From Antedon mediterranea (taxonomy: Eukaryota; Animalia; Echinodermata): a stretch of 64,000 nucleotides of DNA. The stretch's first letter is position 1. Each line of letters starts with the position of its first letter. Below the pieces are notes generated by a model. The model made no database searches. It was given only the letters and a program-made list of their open reading frames with translations, and was not told the origin of the DNA. Of this stretch, positions 35,292-49,300 are shown in pieces. The translations under genes and the position numbers were made by a program. The stretch spans positions 3,472,001 through 3,536,000 of the forward strand of contig NC_092671.1 of assembly GCF_964355755.1 (NCBI RefSeq), written 5' to 3'.

Positions 35292-37309
35292 AATGTCCAA
35301 ACATAATATAACTTTTCTCACAAACTTTATTCCAAAAGAATTTTTATTCAGTTTTAAACTAACTTCATTTATTTCATTAAAGACAAGACAATTTTAGGCC
35401 AATAAATATTAAACTAGTATAAAAGCTTAAAGCACAAAAGCATTATATATAACGCCACTGTGCGTCACAAACGGGGATTTCCCCCTTTTTGAACAATGGG
35501 TGAGGGCGACAAACTGGTTTGGCCATAACTCACAATTATTTAGTTCTCTCAGCTGTTATTTAAGGTAAATTATACTGTATTTAAATAAATGTATATAATT
35601 ATTTTCGCCTCAAGTAATTAGATAAATAAGGTTGTACATATTTAATTAAGTTATTTCAAAATCTTTCATTAAATTTGTAATTAAGTTAATTAAGGAAATC
35701 TTTAATTATAAACACTAAAGTATATGCAACATGTGTAACAAAACGTTCGTGAATAAATTAATGATTTGGTCAAGGGTTACAATAAATATAATAATTTGCA
35801 AAACTTGCTTTATATATTATTATATCATGGAGCTATAACATTAGATTAGATCTAATTTTATAGAGTTATGATTATATAGTCTTCTCTTTGTAGTATGCCT
35901 TAATTTATCTAGCGAAAAATATGACATAAATAATAAGAACATGTTAATATAGCGATCTTTGAGATATGAATTATCTTGATAATAATGATTTAGCAACATA
36001 TCAGCTTCAATCGTCATTATCGTTATTAACATCAAAAATATCGATTTATCATCAGTCACAAAATTAATTTTAACATTAACTAGGCCTATATAACATCAAT
36101 AGCGGTCATGTTTTAATTATTGGGAAAAAATCAAACATCGCCCTCTTTAGCTCTGTAAATAATTTAATTAATATTGCTAGCTGGCTGGAAACCGAAAACA
36201 AAAGTCATTCATGCATGAATGATTTCAAACGATGAATGCACACACGACGACGAAACAAATGAAAGAATAATATTATAGGACCTACTACTTCTGAAATACA
36301 GCAATTGTGATGGTATTAATGGGAGCCAGTTTCCTGGACTTAATTATTCAGTTAGCGGCAAATATAAATGAAAGTGGTAAAATGTTTGGATATATTGTTT
36401 AATAGTTAGCCCGCTTTCAACCGGTCAATCTAATGAGACGATCCGAGTAGGCTAGGCCTCTACTCTAGCTAGTATATTTTTTGATCGATTGATAATGATC
36501 TGAGGGTTGCGACAAATCGGAGAACACTGATGATCTGCTGCTGCTGCTCTCTCATGCTTTGTTGTGTCTGTGTGTGTACGTTCCTGTCAGCTTGCCGTCG
36601 TACTAACCGACCGGTAGAGTAACCTAGATATACATACTGTGTTAGGCTGTGTCACGTCTGTAGGCCTAATTAAGGCCTAGATTTTGTTTTTGGATTAACG
36701 GAATAACAAAAACATTCGAAATAGAAACATTGGAAAATTGTAAGTGGTATTTAACGTATTTTAAATTTATTAAAAATTGTCTTCACCTTATTACCTTTCA
36801 ATCATTCCTAATACTAATATAGGCCTACTATAGGGCCTAGCTAGGCCAAAATCCTTAATACAATAAAAATAGACATCGTTTTAACAGGGAAGAGTTAAAT
36901 TGTAATTTAACTCTTCCCTGGTTTTAACCTGGTCAAAACAAAATACAGCAACATGATCAAGATTTACTTTATAATAATGTGTTTTAATTATTTTAGCAAT
37001 AAATAGGCGCGCCTACAAACAGAACTAACTATTAATATCATTTACACAGACTCTTATTTTTGTTCATTTCAAAAGAGATTATTATAGCTTCATACTACTG
37101 TACTAGGCTAGACTTGGCAGGTTGGTTAATTTTATCACTTTTTTTCCAGACAGAATTTGCAAGCATCATTAAATATAGAGTATCGGAAAGAATGAAGGTG
37201 TTAAAAATGTTTCAGGCAATATACAGTAGAGATATAAAACAAAGGTAATTCCCACGAGAAAAACTTCCAACACATTTTCATCGAGAATCAGCACGATCTA
37301 TTTATAACC

Positions 37310-40300
37310 ATGTCTAGAAACGGTGTTTGCAGTCGAAACTTGACCTCGAAAAATATTCGAATTTTTTTAATGACACTAATGATGATGTGGCTTACCTGTA
37401 TGCTAATGATATTCCAAACAATGAAAGCCGAACCTGAACCACGCCACGAAAGTGAGAGATTGAGGGATGAAATTTTAGAAATTAGCCAAAAGTATATACA
37501 AGCTCTGGCAGTAGAGCATTCCAAAGGAGATAAAATGTCCAATAGTTTAATAGCAAGAGGTATGTGTAATTAAATTTGTTTTTTTTTAAAAATATAAATT
37601 AGAATACAGTAGACAGAAAAATATTTAATTTTTGGGGCATAAAATGTCAAAATGAATTTTTATGAAATAACAAAAAAAGCAAAAGTCCTATTTACTTCAA
37701 TTGAATACAAATCAATTATTATTAGTGCTATCTTTGTAAGTATTTCCACCCAATGATTTTCACCAAATTTCATACCACCATGGTCCATACTCATTTATTA
37801 TTATTTTTCTTTATTTTTTAATTTACTTTTATTTTTTTCAGATTTAAAACAAACAATTGCAACAGTTCTAGACAGTTTAATAGAACGAATCGATAAAATT
37901 GAGCAAAGACTCGATGAAGTTTTATCAAACAATACATTCCTCTTATCACGAAATTTAAGTCATATATTAGAAACACCTGGTATCGTAAGTTTACGAGAAT
38001 ACCAAGTACGAAAAGAAAACAAATTACATATGAATAAAAAAACTAAAGCTAATTTAAGGAAGCATACCGCTGTCGAGGATAACAATATGTTCGTTGGTGT
38101 GAACCAAAAATTACCAGGCGGTTCACAACCTAATGGTATGTTAATGTATAATTTTTTTTCTTTATCTATAATATTTAGGCAAATTTCCAAGGATAACCAT
38201 AATCAAATTCATTCATTATCCTTTTTAAAGGTTGCGATCCTGTTCACAAGACATACAAAGATGCTCTACATAAACAAAGTCTTATTACAAGTCTTTGAGA
38301 GTGGAGTTATAATTTGTCTTTAGAAAACTTCATGACACTGACAGGATTTGAACCCAGGACCCTTAGATTGGTAGCCAAGCATAATAACCACAAAGCCAAA
38401 ACTCCATTAATTTATCTTAAAATTGTGTTAATTATTTCCCCTCTTTTTGGATACATACAGTAGTATTTCATTAAATTCATCTTTTACAGTACCATATTTA
38501 AAATGTTTGTTTTTCCAACAGATGATCTTTTTACCAAAAGTGGATGTGATATAAATTTATTGGACTTGTCATCTTATCCAAATTGCAAAGGAAAGTTAGG
38601 TGTAAGTAAATTATTTTAATTCTAATCTATGGATCAGTTTCTTTGTTGTCGATTCTGTCTGTACGTCATAACTATTTGTAAACGTATAATTTATCATAAA
38701 AATTTTTTTTTATATGGTCTTTTTTAGTTGTATTCTTTAATCTTAAACAATTTATTAGGTCATCATTATTCATTAAGGCATTCTGTTTATTCCCAAGATT
38801 ATTATAATAATTTTATTAGAAATATTTTATTTTGTATGCGAAGTGGCAACATCCGATAGTACATTACTCAATCAATTCTACAATAATCCCCTGTTGTTAT
38901 TGAGGTGATAATCACATGTGTATGTAATTATTAAAAGTATTATTTATAATATTAGTGATATTAAATAATTAATAATTATTTAACCAACTTTCAGTTGACG
39001 TATTGTAAAAACGAATACTTTTTTCTAAAAATCAAATTGGCCACATAAGTAATGATACAAAGTAGACAATGAAGGAATATTTAATTCTCTAAAAAAATTA
39101 TGAAATTTCCATTTCACTAACATAACTGACACATTTTTAATATATTTATTCAAAAAATGATATGACAACACAATTATACAGTTATTACTCTCTATGAAAC
39201 CATACACTACAGAATTGAAAAAAATGATAAAAAGGCAGCAATCAAGCTTGTACAAAAGTACAGTTAGAAAGATGTTATTGTACTCATTAATAAAGTATTT
39301 ATACAATATTAATTATTCATTTTTTTCACTGTACATTAGACTGAAATCTTCATTCATTTTATGCTCTTATTACTTTGAATTGTGCATTGCCATTTCACAA
39401 AATTAATAATCTTTTCAATTGAAATTTAATAATGTCCCAAATTGCTATACTGTACTGTAGTCTAAACAACACTACTGCATAAAGTATACAAGTATGTGTT
39501 GATTTGAACTTTTTAAATTTTAAACATTTTAAATAAGGGGTTTTCCCCAAACATATTTCCACTTTCAACTTTCAAATTTGATTGTCAGTATTCTTGAAGG
39601 AAAATGGCAGTAGTTTTTGTTCGTCTCGCATCAAACAATGAAGGAATTTTTTACTGTTAAAGGAGGAAATTCACATAAATGTTTTTAAAATAAAGTGAGG
39701 AACTAACTATTATTACATCCGTCAACAATAATAATATTGCTTGCTTATAACGCATATACTGTAAGCAAGCTCTCAATTTTCTCAAAACATCAGAATTTTC
39801 ATACATATTGGAAATTAATTTAAGTGGTACAGGTAGATTATGGTATCAGACTAACGGCATTAATCAAAACATGTTATTGTTACGTCGGATTATAGTAATT
39901 GTTTAAATCACAAGTCCTAATGGAATTCGTAATCACCTTTAATATCAATTTGAATCTACAGTAAATATGTGAATTGGTTGAAATATCCGCCATGTAATTA
40001 ATTTTTGTTCACATTCTTTTTTGTTTTGTATTTGATCGGTTGAGTTCTGCTGTATACACAGGGGGGAGGGGAATAGTTCTACTATATACAATAGAACAGT
40101 AGACTAACCTTTCCCCCCCCCCCTATTCCCCTCCACCCTCTGTACCCCTATTCAGAGGCTACCCCAAAGGTGACATTAACCTTTATTCAGGAGATACCCC
40201 AATTGAATAGACACTCGGTTGGTTCAGTACTATAATCAATACACATTATTTTAAAATGAATTCCATATCATTATAATACTCTTAAAAAATATAATATTTG

Positions 40301-43300
40301 GAAGGAAATAAAATAAAAAATTAAAAGTACGGTAATAGTCAATTATGTCTCTCTCTGTGATTTGAGGGTACATCTTTGATTTGACTATAAATCTTGGTTT
40401 CCACTACAGGAGGCACAAATCTACTATATAAGTTGACCAATCACAAGCTTCAGCTTGGATGATCTATCATGTCGTGATTGGTCAAATTATTTGTAGTGTA
40501 CTTAATTAATTGAAGACATACAGTACTGTACATTTCATAAACAATTCACTATTGTTATGGTTAATACCACTCTGCCTGCCAGGACTATGACCTATGCTTT
40601 TAACCTTTTGATTCAGACATAAATTGATGTTTTGCGGTTTTATATAGTTAAATAGGCCTACTGTAGATCTTTAAAAAACTGATGAGCTGATCCCCATCAT
40701 TTTCTTGGTATCCATCTTTCATGTAAACTCATTGAAAATTTATAAAACTGAAACCATAAAGAATAAATTATTGAACAATTTAATGTAAGAGAAAACAAAA
40801 GGGAGCTACAGTAATTTATGCAAGCCAAAAATGATTAATTTATCGGTAACGAACACACCATTTTCATTTTAAAAAGAGGTATACAGGGGACAATTTCAGG
40901 ACAACAAAGTGTCCCTTTAATATAAAGGTGTTTCTTGAATAGAGGTTTGATGTGGACCAATACAATTTCTTGAATCTTGCTAGTGTGTTATTAAACATAT
41001 TGCCCCTTGTTCTTTTAATGAGAAAGTGTTCCCTTAAAGCTCAGGTACAAGCATGAATTTTAAATTTAATATTTGGTTAATTGTACATACTGTAAATCAA
41101 ATATTTGTAACAGAAATCGAGACGAAAAAACATGAATTTCTCTTAATATGGTCAAATACAAAATTTGGCAAAATTCTTCCATAAAAACCAGGAAGACTTT
41201 TTTTCAGTAGTTAGGTAGTTAACCTAATGTAATAACATGTCTGGTGACTCCCTAGACGGTGAAAAAAGATGGTGGATATACGGTGGATAATTTTTGCTAT
41301 AGCATGAAAATAAAAATCTGAAGTTGAATAAAAATATCAGAAATGTAATATTCAAGTTATATTACCTATATTTAGTCATCTGATAACATTTTTTACCACA
41401 ATGTTTATTTTTCATAGCTTTTTAAAATGCCTCTCTATTTACAAAATGTGTGTACTGTACAAACGAATAGAGATTTTACTGTGTAATTTGAACTACTGTA
41501 TCCCACCACTGATAAGAAAGTGCTTATTTTCAACAAACTCGTGTAACACAAATAAAATCCCAAAAATTATGAAAAATAGGGGAAACTATAGATCGATAAT
41601 TATTGGAATGTATGATCAATAGAAATTTTTTGCCCACACCTGGCCTTTAATATAATATAGAAGTGTCCATGAATTACTATACTGTAATAATTTGCATAAT
41701 CTTTACTTTAGGGCTATCTATTTGCAAAAGAACCATTTTCAGTGTGTTCATTTAAATTTAAGGAAGTTTAGGCCTACATAAGAAAAAAATTAAACATTGT
41801 ACAGTGTATCAATCAATCAAAATAACAGTTATTTCCTTCATTCATTCAAAACAAACATACACTGGGGCGGATCCAGAGGGGGGGTCCACGGGGTCCGGAC
41901 CCCCCCTAAATTTTAAGGGTGCCCTTTTTTTAGAGGTCCAATATTTTATTCGTGTGAAATATTTGTGTGTATATTAGTATGCACAGAGTAAGCTACACTA
42001 ACCCCAAAAATAAAAACAGAAATTTATCACGATGTTAAGTTACGGCGGCCGATCAAAGAGCATTGTGAGAGGTGGTGATGCGTGATGATCTCTACTTAAA
42101 CTTCTAAAAATAGATCGTTTCGCATACTACAGAGGGCGCATGTAAACTTTTTACGATTCAACTCTGCGTACGTTACCATGCGCGCTCTGTCATTGACGCG
42201 ATTATTTGTCCATTGGTAAACACATTTTTATGTATTATTATTCTGAAAATAATTGAACTGTAAACATAATTCTTTTGAGTATTTGTTTATTTACATATCA
42301 TTCCATCAGATCAACTATTTTTTATTTCCATTACATCCAACCAAACATGTAAAAAATGTAGTTAAAATATCGTACTATCTACCGCGTACGACCATACGCG
42401 GTAGATTGTTTACTCAAAAATCATCGAAACACTATACTATTCAACCTTGTTTTTGTAGTTGAGCCTCTCATAACCTGGGATTTGTTTGTCTTCCTACGCC
42501 AAGATAATATAGTTCTACAAGCCATGTGCTTTTTTTCTCTGAGAAATATTTATTATAAGTGCCAAAAAAATGTTTTTTTCTCGATATGAAGCCTTTATTA
42601 TTCAAATCTTTTAAAGAAAAATCACACATACCATAAAGAAGGTTCATTTATTTCATTTTTGAAACAATATTTGTGAAAATTACGTGAGGCTCAACTACAA
42701 AACCACCATTTTGTGATATGATGTCATCGTAAGCCAATCAAAGCTGAGCTTTCCCGCGATCGGCAGAGCTCACGGTTGAATGATTTTGGATTCTGGCTAT
42801 TTTGGATTGGTGGACGCGAATCACCCACAGCGGAATGTTTTCTCTCGCGTGTACCAAGAAGTCACGTGATCTCTCTGTACTGAACGGTACTCTACACAAA
42901 TTTCGAAAACTACAAGTCAGATTTTCGTAATTCTTTCTTTATTGGAATATTGAAACAAAATACCAACAGATAATGTTTTAAATTGGTTGAAAAATAACAA
43001 CTTTTAATTTTGCATCTTTATCCCTGCTAATAAAGTGTCATTTCCGGCGAACTAGAAAGGTGCCATTTATCATGGATTTTGCGTGCGAGAGTGCCATTTC
43101 CGGCCATCTAAGTGTGTCCTGTAACAAAATTCGCTTCGCCACAACCCCCACCATGGGGGGGCTGTGGCTCAAATACTCAATATCTGATGTGCCCTTTTTA
43201 TCGGCGGACCCCCCCTCTCAAAAATGTCTGGATCCGCCCCAGCATACAGTATCATTTCTTACAATATCCAACATGAAGGAGGGACTTATTTAAAAAAGCA

Positions 43301-46300
43301 GAGCTTATGCTGAAAGTATTTCATTCTAAAACCACTTGTACTGGATGGACACATCGTAAGAGCTATATGAAGCACTTAGTCAAACCATTGCTAGCAATGC
43401 CTTTCACAGCATGTTGTTAGGAAACTAATGCGAGGAAAGCTTTAATATGTTATTATACCACAGTTAACCTCCTGCAAGGTTACTCACAGATGAGAATTCT
43501 TAATAAATAATATCGTTCTATCACATCAGAGAGTACAGTACAACTAGCTGGGTTCTATGCAGTGTCTACAGACAGCCATCACTACGGTAGGTTTAGGTTT
43601 CAACCGTACCACATAGTGAAAAGATACTACAGTATACGCTCATTCAATTCCAATTCTTAAACATCCATTTTTGATAATAATGACATAAAACAAAATATTT
43701 AATACAAATGAAAAAATAAGCATTTTTTATCATGGAATACAGTACAGTAACTCTTCATGTCACATTAATGAGTTATTTAAGATTCACCAGCAAATGTATT
43801 AATGTTTGTTTTTATTTGCCATTGGGCGTGTAAACCAAAACTATGTGCTCTTGATGTCTCCTGAAATCCCACACACCTCTTCCAATCCAGCTTCCCATTA
43901 TCGTAACCGCATCACATCACATTCCTTCGACCTAGTTCTCTATCTGTAAATCTTTTCAATATCTACATACAGTAGTAGAATAGTACTAAATTTACAGGTT
44001 ATTTTAGATCATTTCCCAAAGAGCCTTGTCTACATTTATCAAACTTTATGTGTCAAAAAAATGTGATGCCCATACAGTATATAGACACGATGATGTCATA
44101 TCACTACCATATTTGGGCATATCACTACCATATTTGGCCATATCACCACCATATATGGGCACATCACATTTTTTTGACACATAAAGTTTGATAGTGTAGA
44201 CAAGGCTTAAGAGAGGACGTGCGATTTGAAAGCACAAAATGTCAACAACAATTGAATTGAATACACTACAGTACAGTATTAATGCACATGCATAATGGAC
44301 ACTTGGATCCTATTCACAGTAGATCAAAACGTTTGTCAATGCTTTCTGAAAGTCTATTTCATTTGGCAGAATGGTATAGAATTCAGCTTTAAGAACTAGA
44401 TCTTAGTCTCAGAATTCACTACAGCAATTATAAGAACCCAAAAGTAGTGGCAGACCAGAAGAATAGGACTCAAGGGCATAAAAATATAAAAGCGATTATT
44501 GTCCTGAAATCTATGTGCTACAATGCCCTATAACAATGCCTTTTGCTCTTTTAACCCTTTTTATTTCCCCCTGAATGCAAAATGGTACGACTAAATTTAA
44601 AACCTTATTGAATATCAATGCAAGGGATATAAGAAACCGTTTGTTTCAATATTGTATAAACTACATGAATGGACTCTGTACTCTAATGCAAATGAAAGTC
44701 AATATCAATTTGTGGTTGGATTTAATACTGTACACACACACTGACGATGATTTTAAGAAAAGAAATTTTCCATTACTGGAGGCATGATATTGGTCACAGA
44801 CTAGTGGTAAACTAATACTAAATATATGGTCATAAGAATAACATAATATTCTATTTTATTACTGTTACCACTCTTCTGTGTAAATTGGCTTTTATGCTTT
44901 CACATTTTTTGTTAGTAAATTACTCCAAGCCAAATTTGTTTGAAATTTATAGTAAAATATTATCTATGAATTCCATCTTCATCATTTCTTATGGTTGTTC
45001 AAGTTTTAATTAGCCACGAAGAAAAAAAAAGAAAAAAATTCAATAACAAAATACTATATATTATTATATCATAATTATATAAAATGTTTCAATTTGAAAA
45101 AAAAAAGGACAATGAATTTAGTTTCTTGTTTTGTTGTTCTAAAGAGTAGGGAGTTGGATTGGAGCAGTACAGGACTGTAGGTTAATACTGACTTTGTTGC
45201 AACAATGATGCTGTACAGTAATTCTGGTTGTTTTCCAAATAGGCCTTCATAAGGTAAACAACAGACATTTTTTGTCTCCTGGTAACAGCACATTTCAAAT
45301 TGATGACTTATCCATTATTGTATCGTTTTTGGAAAGGCTCCATCACCTTCCTATGATACAAACAAGATTGCAAACTTCGCAGTGAAATTGTCAAGAAATC
45401 CCTAGATTTTCTAAATGATAAGGTATATAACTGGGAGACATGCTGCCTGAGTGATATAGGGAAATCCAGCAGTGAGTCATTAGTGCAAAGGATATAATAC
45501 TGTATTGTTTATACTTATACGTACTATACAAATGATTAAAGATGTATTGTCCCTTTGTCAAATTCCAAAAAAAGATTTTGAAAAAAGTGGGTAATTTTGA
45601 AGTATCATAATAGTTATTAATTTTCACCAAAAATGAGTCGAAAAAAAAATCATTTACCGGTAACTGAAATACAGACATTTTATGGTTCAAAAAATAACTT
45701 TGACTTCCAGTCAAATTTTCTATCAAAACATATCTCATAATGCAACACGCTTATTTGGCTACTCTGTATGCATAATCATAGGGGCTTACCCCGGTGAACT
45801 GGTTCACACAATAGCCCCTGTATCAGGGGGATTACCACCTATCTGATAGGACAGTGATTAATTCACTAAATTGGTAATCCTTGGCCAGACATAAAATAAA
45901 ATGAATAAATAAATAAAACTTCCTCGCGATCTATGTGAAAACACCTTCTCATCCGTGATGAGTTGTAAACAATCCTAATTAGTATCATGCATAATGTGTA
46001 CTTGTAGTTTGAAATCTTTGTTTACTTTCGCTCGGGACGATTATCCAGACGAAATGTACAGTAATCAAATTAATTTAGCTGTTAATTACGTAAAATTTTT
46101 GTTTTTGGCTAAAATTTTCCACTTAAGTTGAATAACTTTAATATTACTTTGATATGGCCAATTTAAATTTAGAATATTTTGACCTTTATTATTTGTTTTA
46201 TATCCCACCTATTTTAGCAAGAGGCTAGTGCAGGGTGTGCTATAGAAATAAATAACTTGCGATATTAAACAAAATATAATCTTTTAAAATAATGAAAATA

Positions 46301-49300
46301 TTCCATTATTTAGAGCTCCAAAATTTGAATGAATTACAATTGCTCAGCCGTTACGCCACTGATATTATGATTTAATAAGGGCCTGTTTCGGATCGATTAC
46401 AAAACAAAACATCAATTTAATATAAAAATTCAATATTTTAGTGTTTTCCTGGTACAGAATTACCATATGGTAATTATTGTTAAGATGGCAGCGAATTTTT
46501 TTAGATGGCCCATTCAAGTTGTTAAGCACTGGGGACTTAAACAACATTTTGAAACTATTCTGAAAAATCCAGCTTATATTTTATAGCATTAATACCTTTA
46601 GCACTTTTTTTGTCTAATACTCCTGGAATATATAATAATAAATTTAATTGAAATATTGAATAAAAGAAATGAGGAAACAATAAAACTGCCTTCAAATAGA
46701 TATGATATATCCATAGATTGCAATTTCAATTTGCATAATAATATAATACAGTTATTGTTAGCTTGTTTATTAATTGAACTATACTGTAGGTTCATCAATA
46801 GCCACTACTTTCAGTTAATTAATTATTCATCTGCTACAGTATTGATCTTATTGTTAAAAGCATGTTTAGCTTCCACTGTAGATTCTTGTAATGCTTTAAA
46901 AATGATTAAGTTTTGGTTATTGGAAATCCATTAAAGACATTGTCCCCTGAAAAAAAAATTATAGTAAACATTGTTGTTGTTGAATATTATGTAATAATAA
47001 AAAAATAGTACATTCACATTTATAAGAATAAAATTAGTCCAATTGTACTGTATGTCATTGGCAGACAATCAGGTTTTTTTTGTGTGTTAAATTTAGCAGC
47101 TTATTTTGTGGTTTTTTTTTTCTATGGACTGATTGATAACTTTATTAAAATTGTAAAATGGCCTATTCAAAGTCTACAGTAATTATAATATTAATCATTA
47201 AAAGTTAAATTGCAAACTGCACAAAATAAGACAGTCAGATGTATTCTTGGTCTGGAACCAAGGGATCACATTGGGGCTAATGAATTAAACAAACTGAGTT
47301 GGCTCCCAGTAGATTTTTAAACAGATAAAACTTTGTCACATGTATCATATTATTAATGGATTAAGCCCTACGCTTATGAATGATGGTATTAGTAGAGCAA
47401 ATGCAATTCACCAGTACAATACTAGATTTGCAACTCAATCAATTTATAGACCATATATAGGTAACCACTCCCAAACAACCTTTGTTAACACGGCAATAAC
47501 GTCATGGAATCACCTGCCAAAATTGATACAGTGTTCAGAAACCATCAATCAATTCAAAAGAAATATCAGGAAACATCTCAAAGGCCCCGTTTCTGCTGCC
47601 AAAAATATACCGTATATATACGGTATATTTTATATACGGTATATTTTTTGGCAGCAGAAATGGGTCTCATAAAAAATATACCGTAAATATTTGCGGTATA
47701 TATACCGCATAAATATCCCCATCGTTTGTGGATATTATACGGTATATTCCAAAATATACCGTATATTTCGTTCCCCATTTCTGCTGCACTAAAAATATAC
47801 CGTAAATGTGACCCGACTCGTGACACGAGGTCAAAAACTAACAGAGCGCGACGCGTTTGTTTTGGTTTTTCTGCTGCATTGAAAGTTGAAACACACGTGT
47901 AAAAGCAAGCAACAGATCAAAATGTCACTGTGGACCGAACAAATCACTATTTTTGCAATTCAATTGTGGGGGGAAGCGAAGGTTGGGGGGAGACTGCATG
48001 GCAACAGAAGAGATACCGAGATTTTAATTACAATAAATCGAATGTTCTTACACAACAACGTGATGTAAAATCATGGTAAAATACTGTATAATAGAAAATG
48101 GAAATTAAAACGGCAATATAGGATAATATAGCATAATATAAACTCAATTTGAATAACAGAGTTAACATTTCTAGATTGTGCTTGTATGTGCGGTGTAAAT
48201 TCGTTGCCACTTCTGCTCATTAGATTTAAAATAGAAAGCAATGCTACGACGTTTTGAGAAACCATCATTGTTTTGTTTTTGTCAGCATGTACCGGTAGGT
48301 AAAAACCTCACTACACGAGGTCAATCCATACTTCCGTCTCACGAAATGCATTTTGGGTAATGAAAGCCAACTTTTTTACAACCCACCCACGAAGTATGTG
48401 CAGCGGAAACGGTGCACGAATTTCATATACGGTATATATACGGTATATTTATACGGTATATTTATACGGTATATTTTGGGTTGGCAGCAGAAACGGGCCC
48501 AAAGAGGTTATGCTTGAAAGATTATAATTTATATTTATATTGTTACTACATGTGTTTTTGTTTATTGTAAATGTTTATTCTTGTGTTTTTATCCTTAAGG
48601 GCCACAATGGAAATAAGTTAGACCTTTGGTTACTTTTTTGTGTTACCCTGAATTCATTCTTTGTTTTTATATGTTGTGTTTTTGTGAATTCAAATAAAGA
48701 AATAGAAATAAAATAAATAAATGAAATAAAATCTTCATTTTTACATCTTTAATTTAAACAAAATTGTTGTTTTTCTTTAATAGTGGATGAAACATATGTG
48801 GAAATCTGACAAGTGCTATGCTTTGAATGGAGTGGACGGATCTCAGTGTTCATTTATGAGATATCTAAGTGAGGTATGGTAATAGCCATTTTGTGGTTGC
48901 GGTAGCCATAGTAAATAATGCACTCCCATTTCACAATACAATCAATTCCTCTTATAATACCTAAAAATCAATATGGCAATTAGTGGAAAAAGTATGAATT
49001 GTACTAAACACATTGAATAGATAGAAATGACAAACAAACGTTCGTTTTTATGATTGTATTTGGTATAAAAGTAAGAATACCTGGTGGTAGATAAAAAAGA
49101 CAATAACATTTCAGTTACATACTTGAAATTTATGTGAAATGAAAATGTGTTCGGATTTACCTACAAATACAATCTATTATGCTTGGCGTAACGCTGAGGC
49201 CCCTGGTTTATGGACGCTTGTGACCATGCTGGAGGCCTTAAGCATTTTTAGCCTTTTTTGACATATTTTATTCATCCACGCCCTGCTTTGGGACCCCATA

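Noticed and set aside
38330-38406. tRNA gene
   Set aside because: A and B boxes are present but the cloverleaf is degenerate and joined to a body repeated at 700-878, so it is a SINE head.
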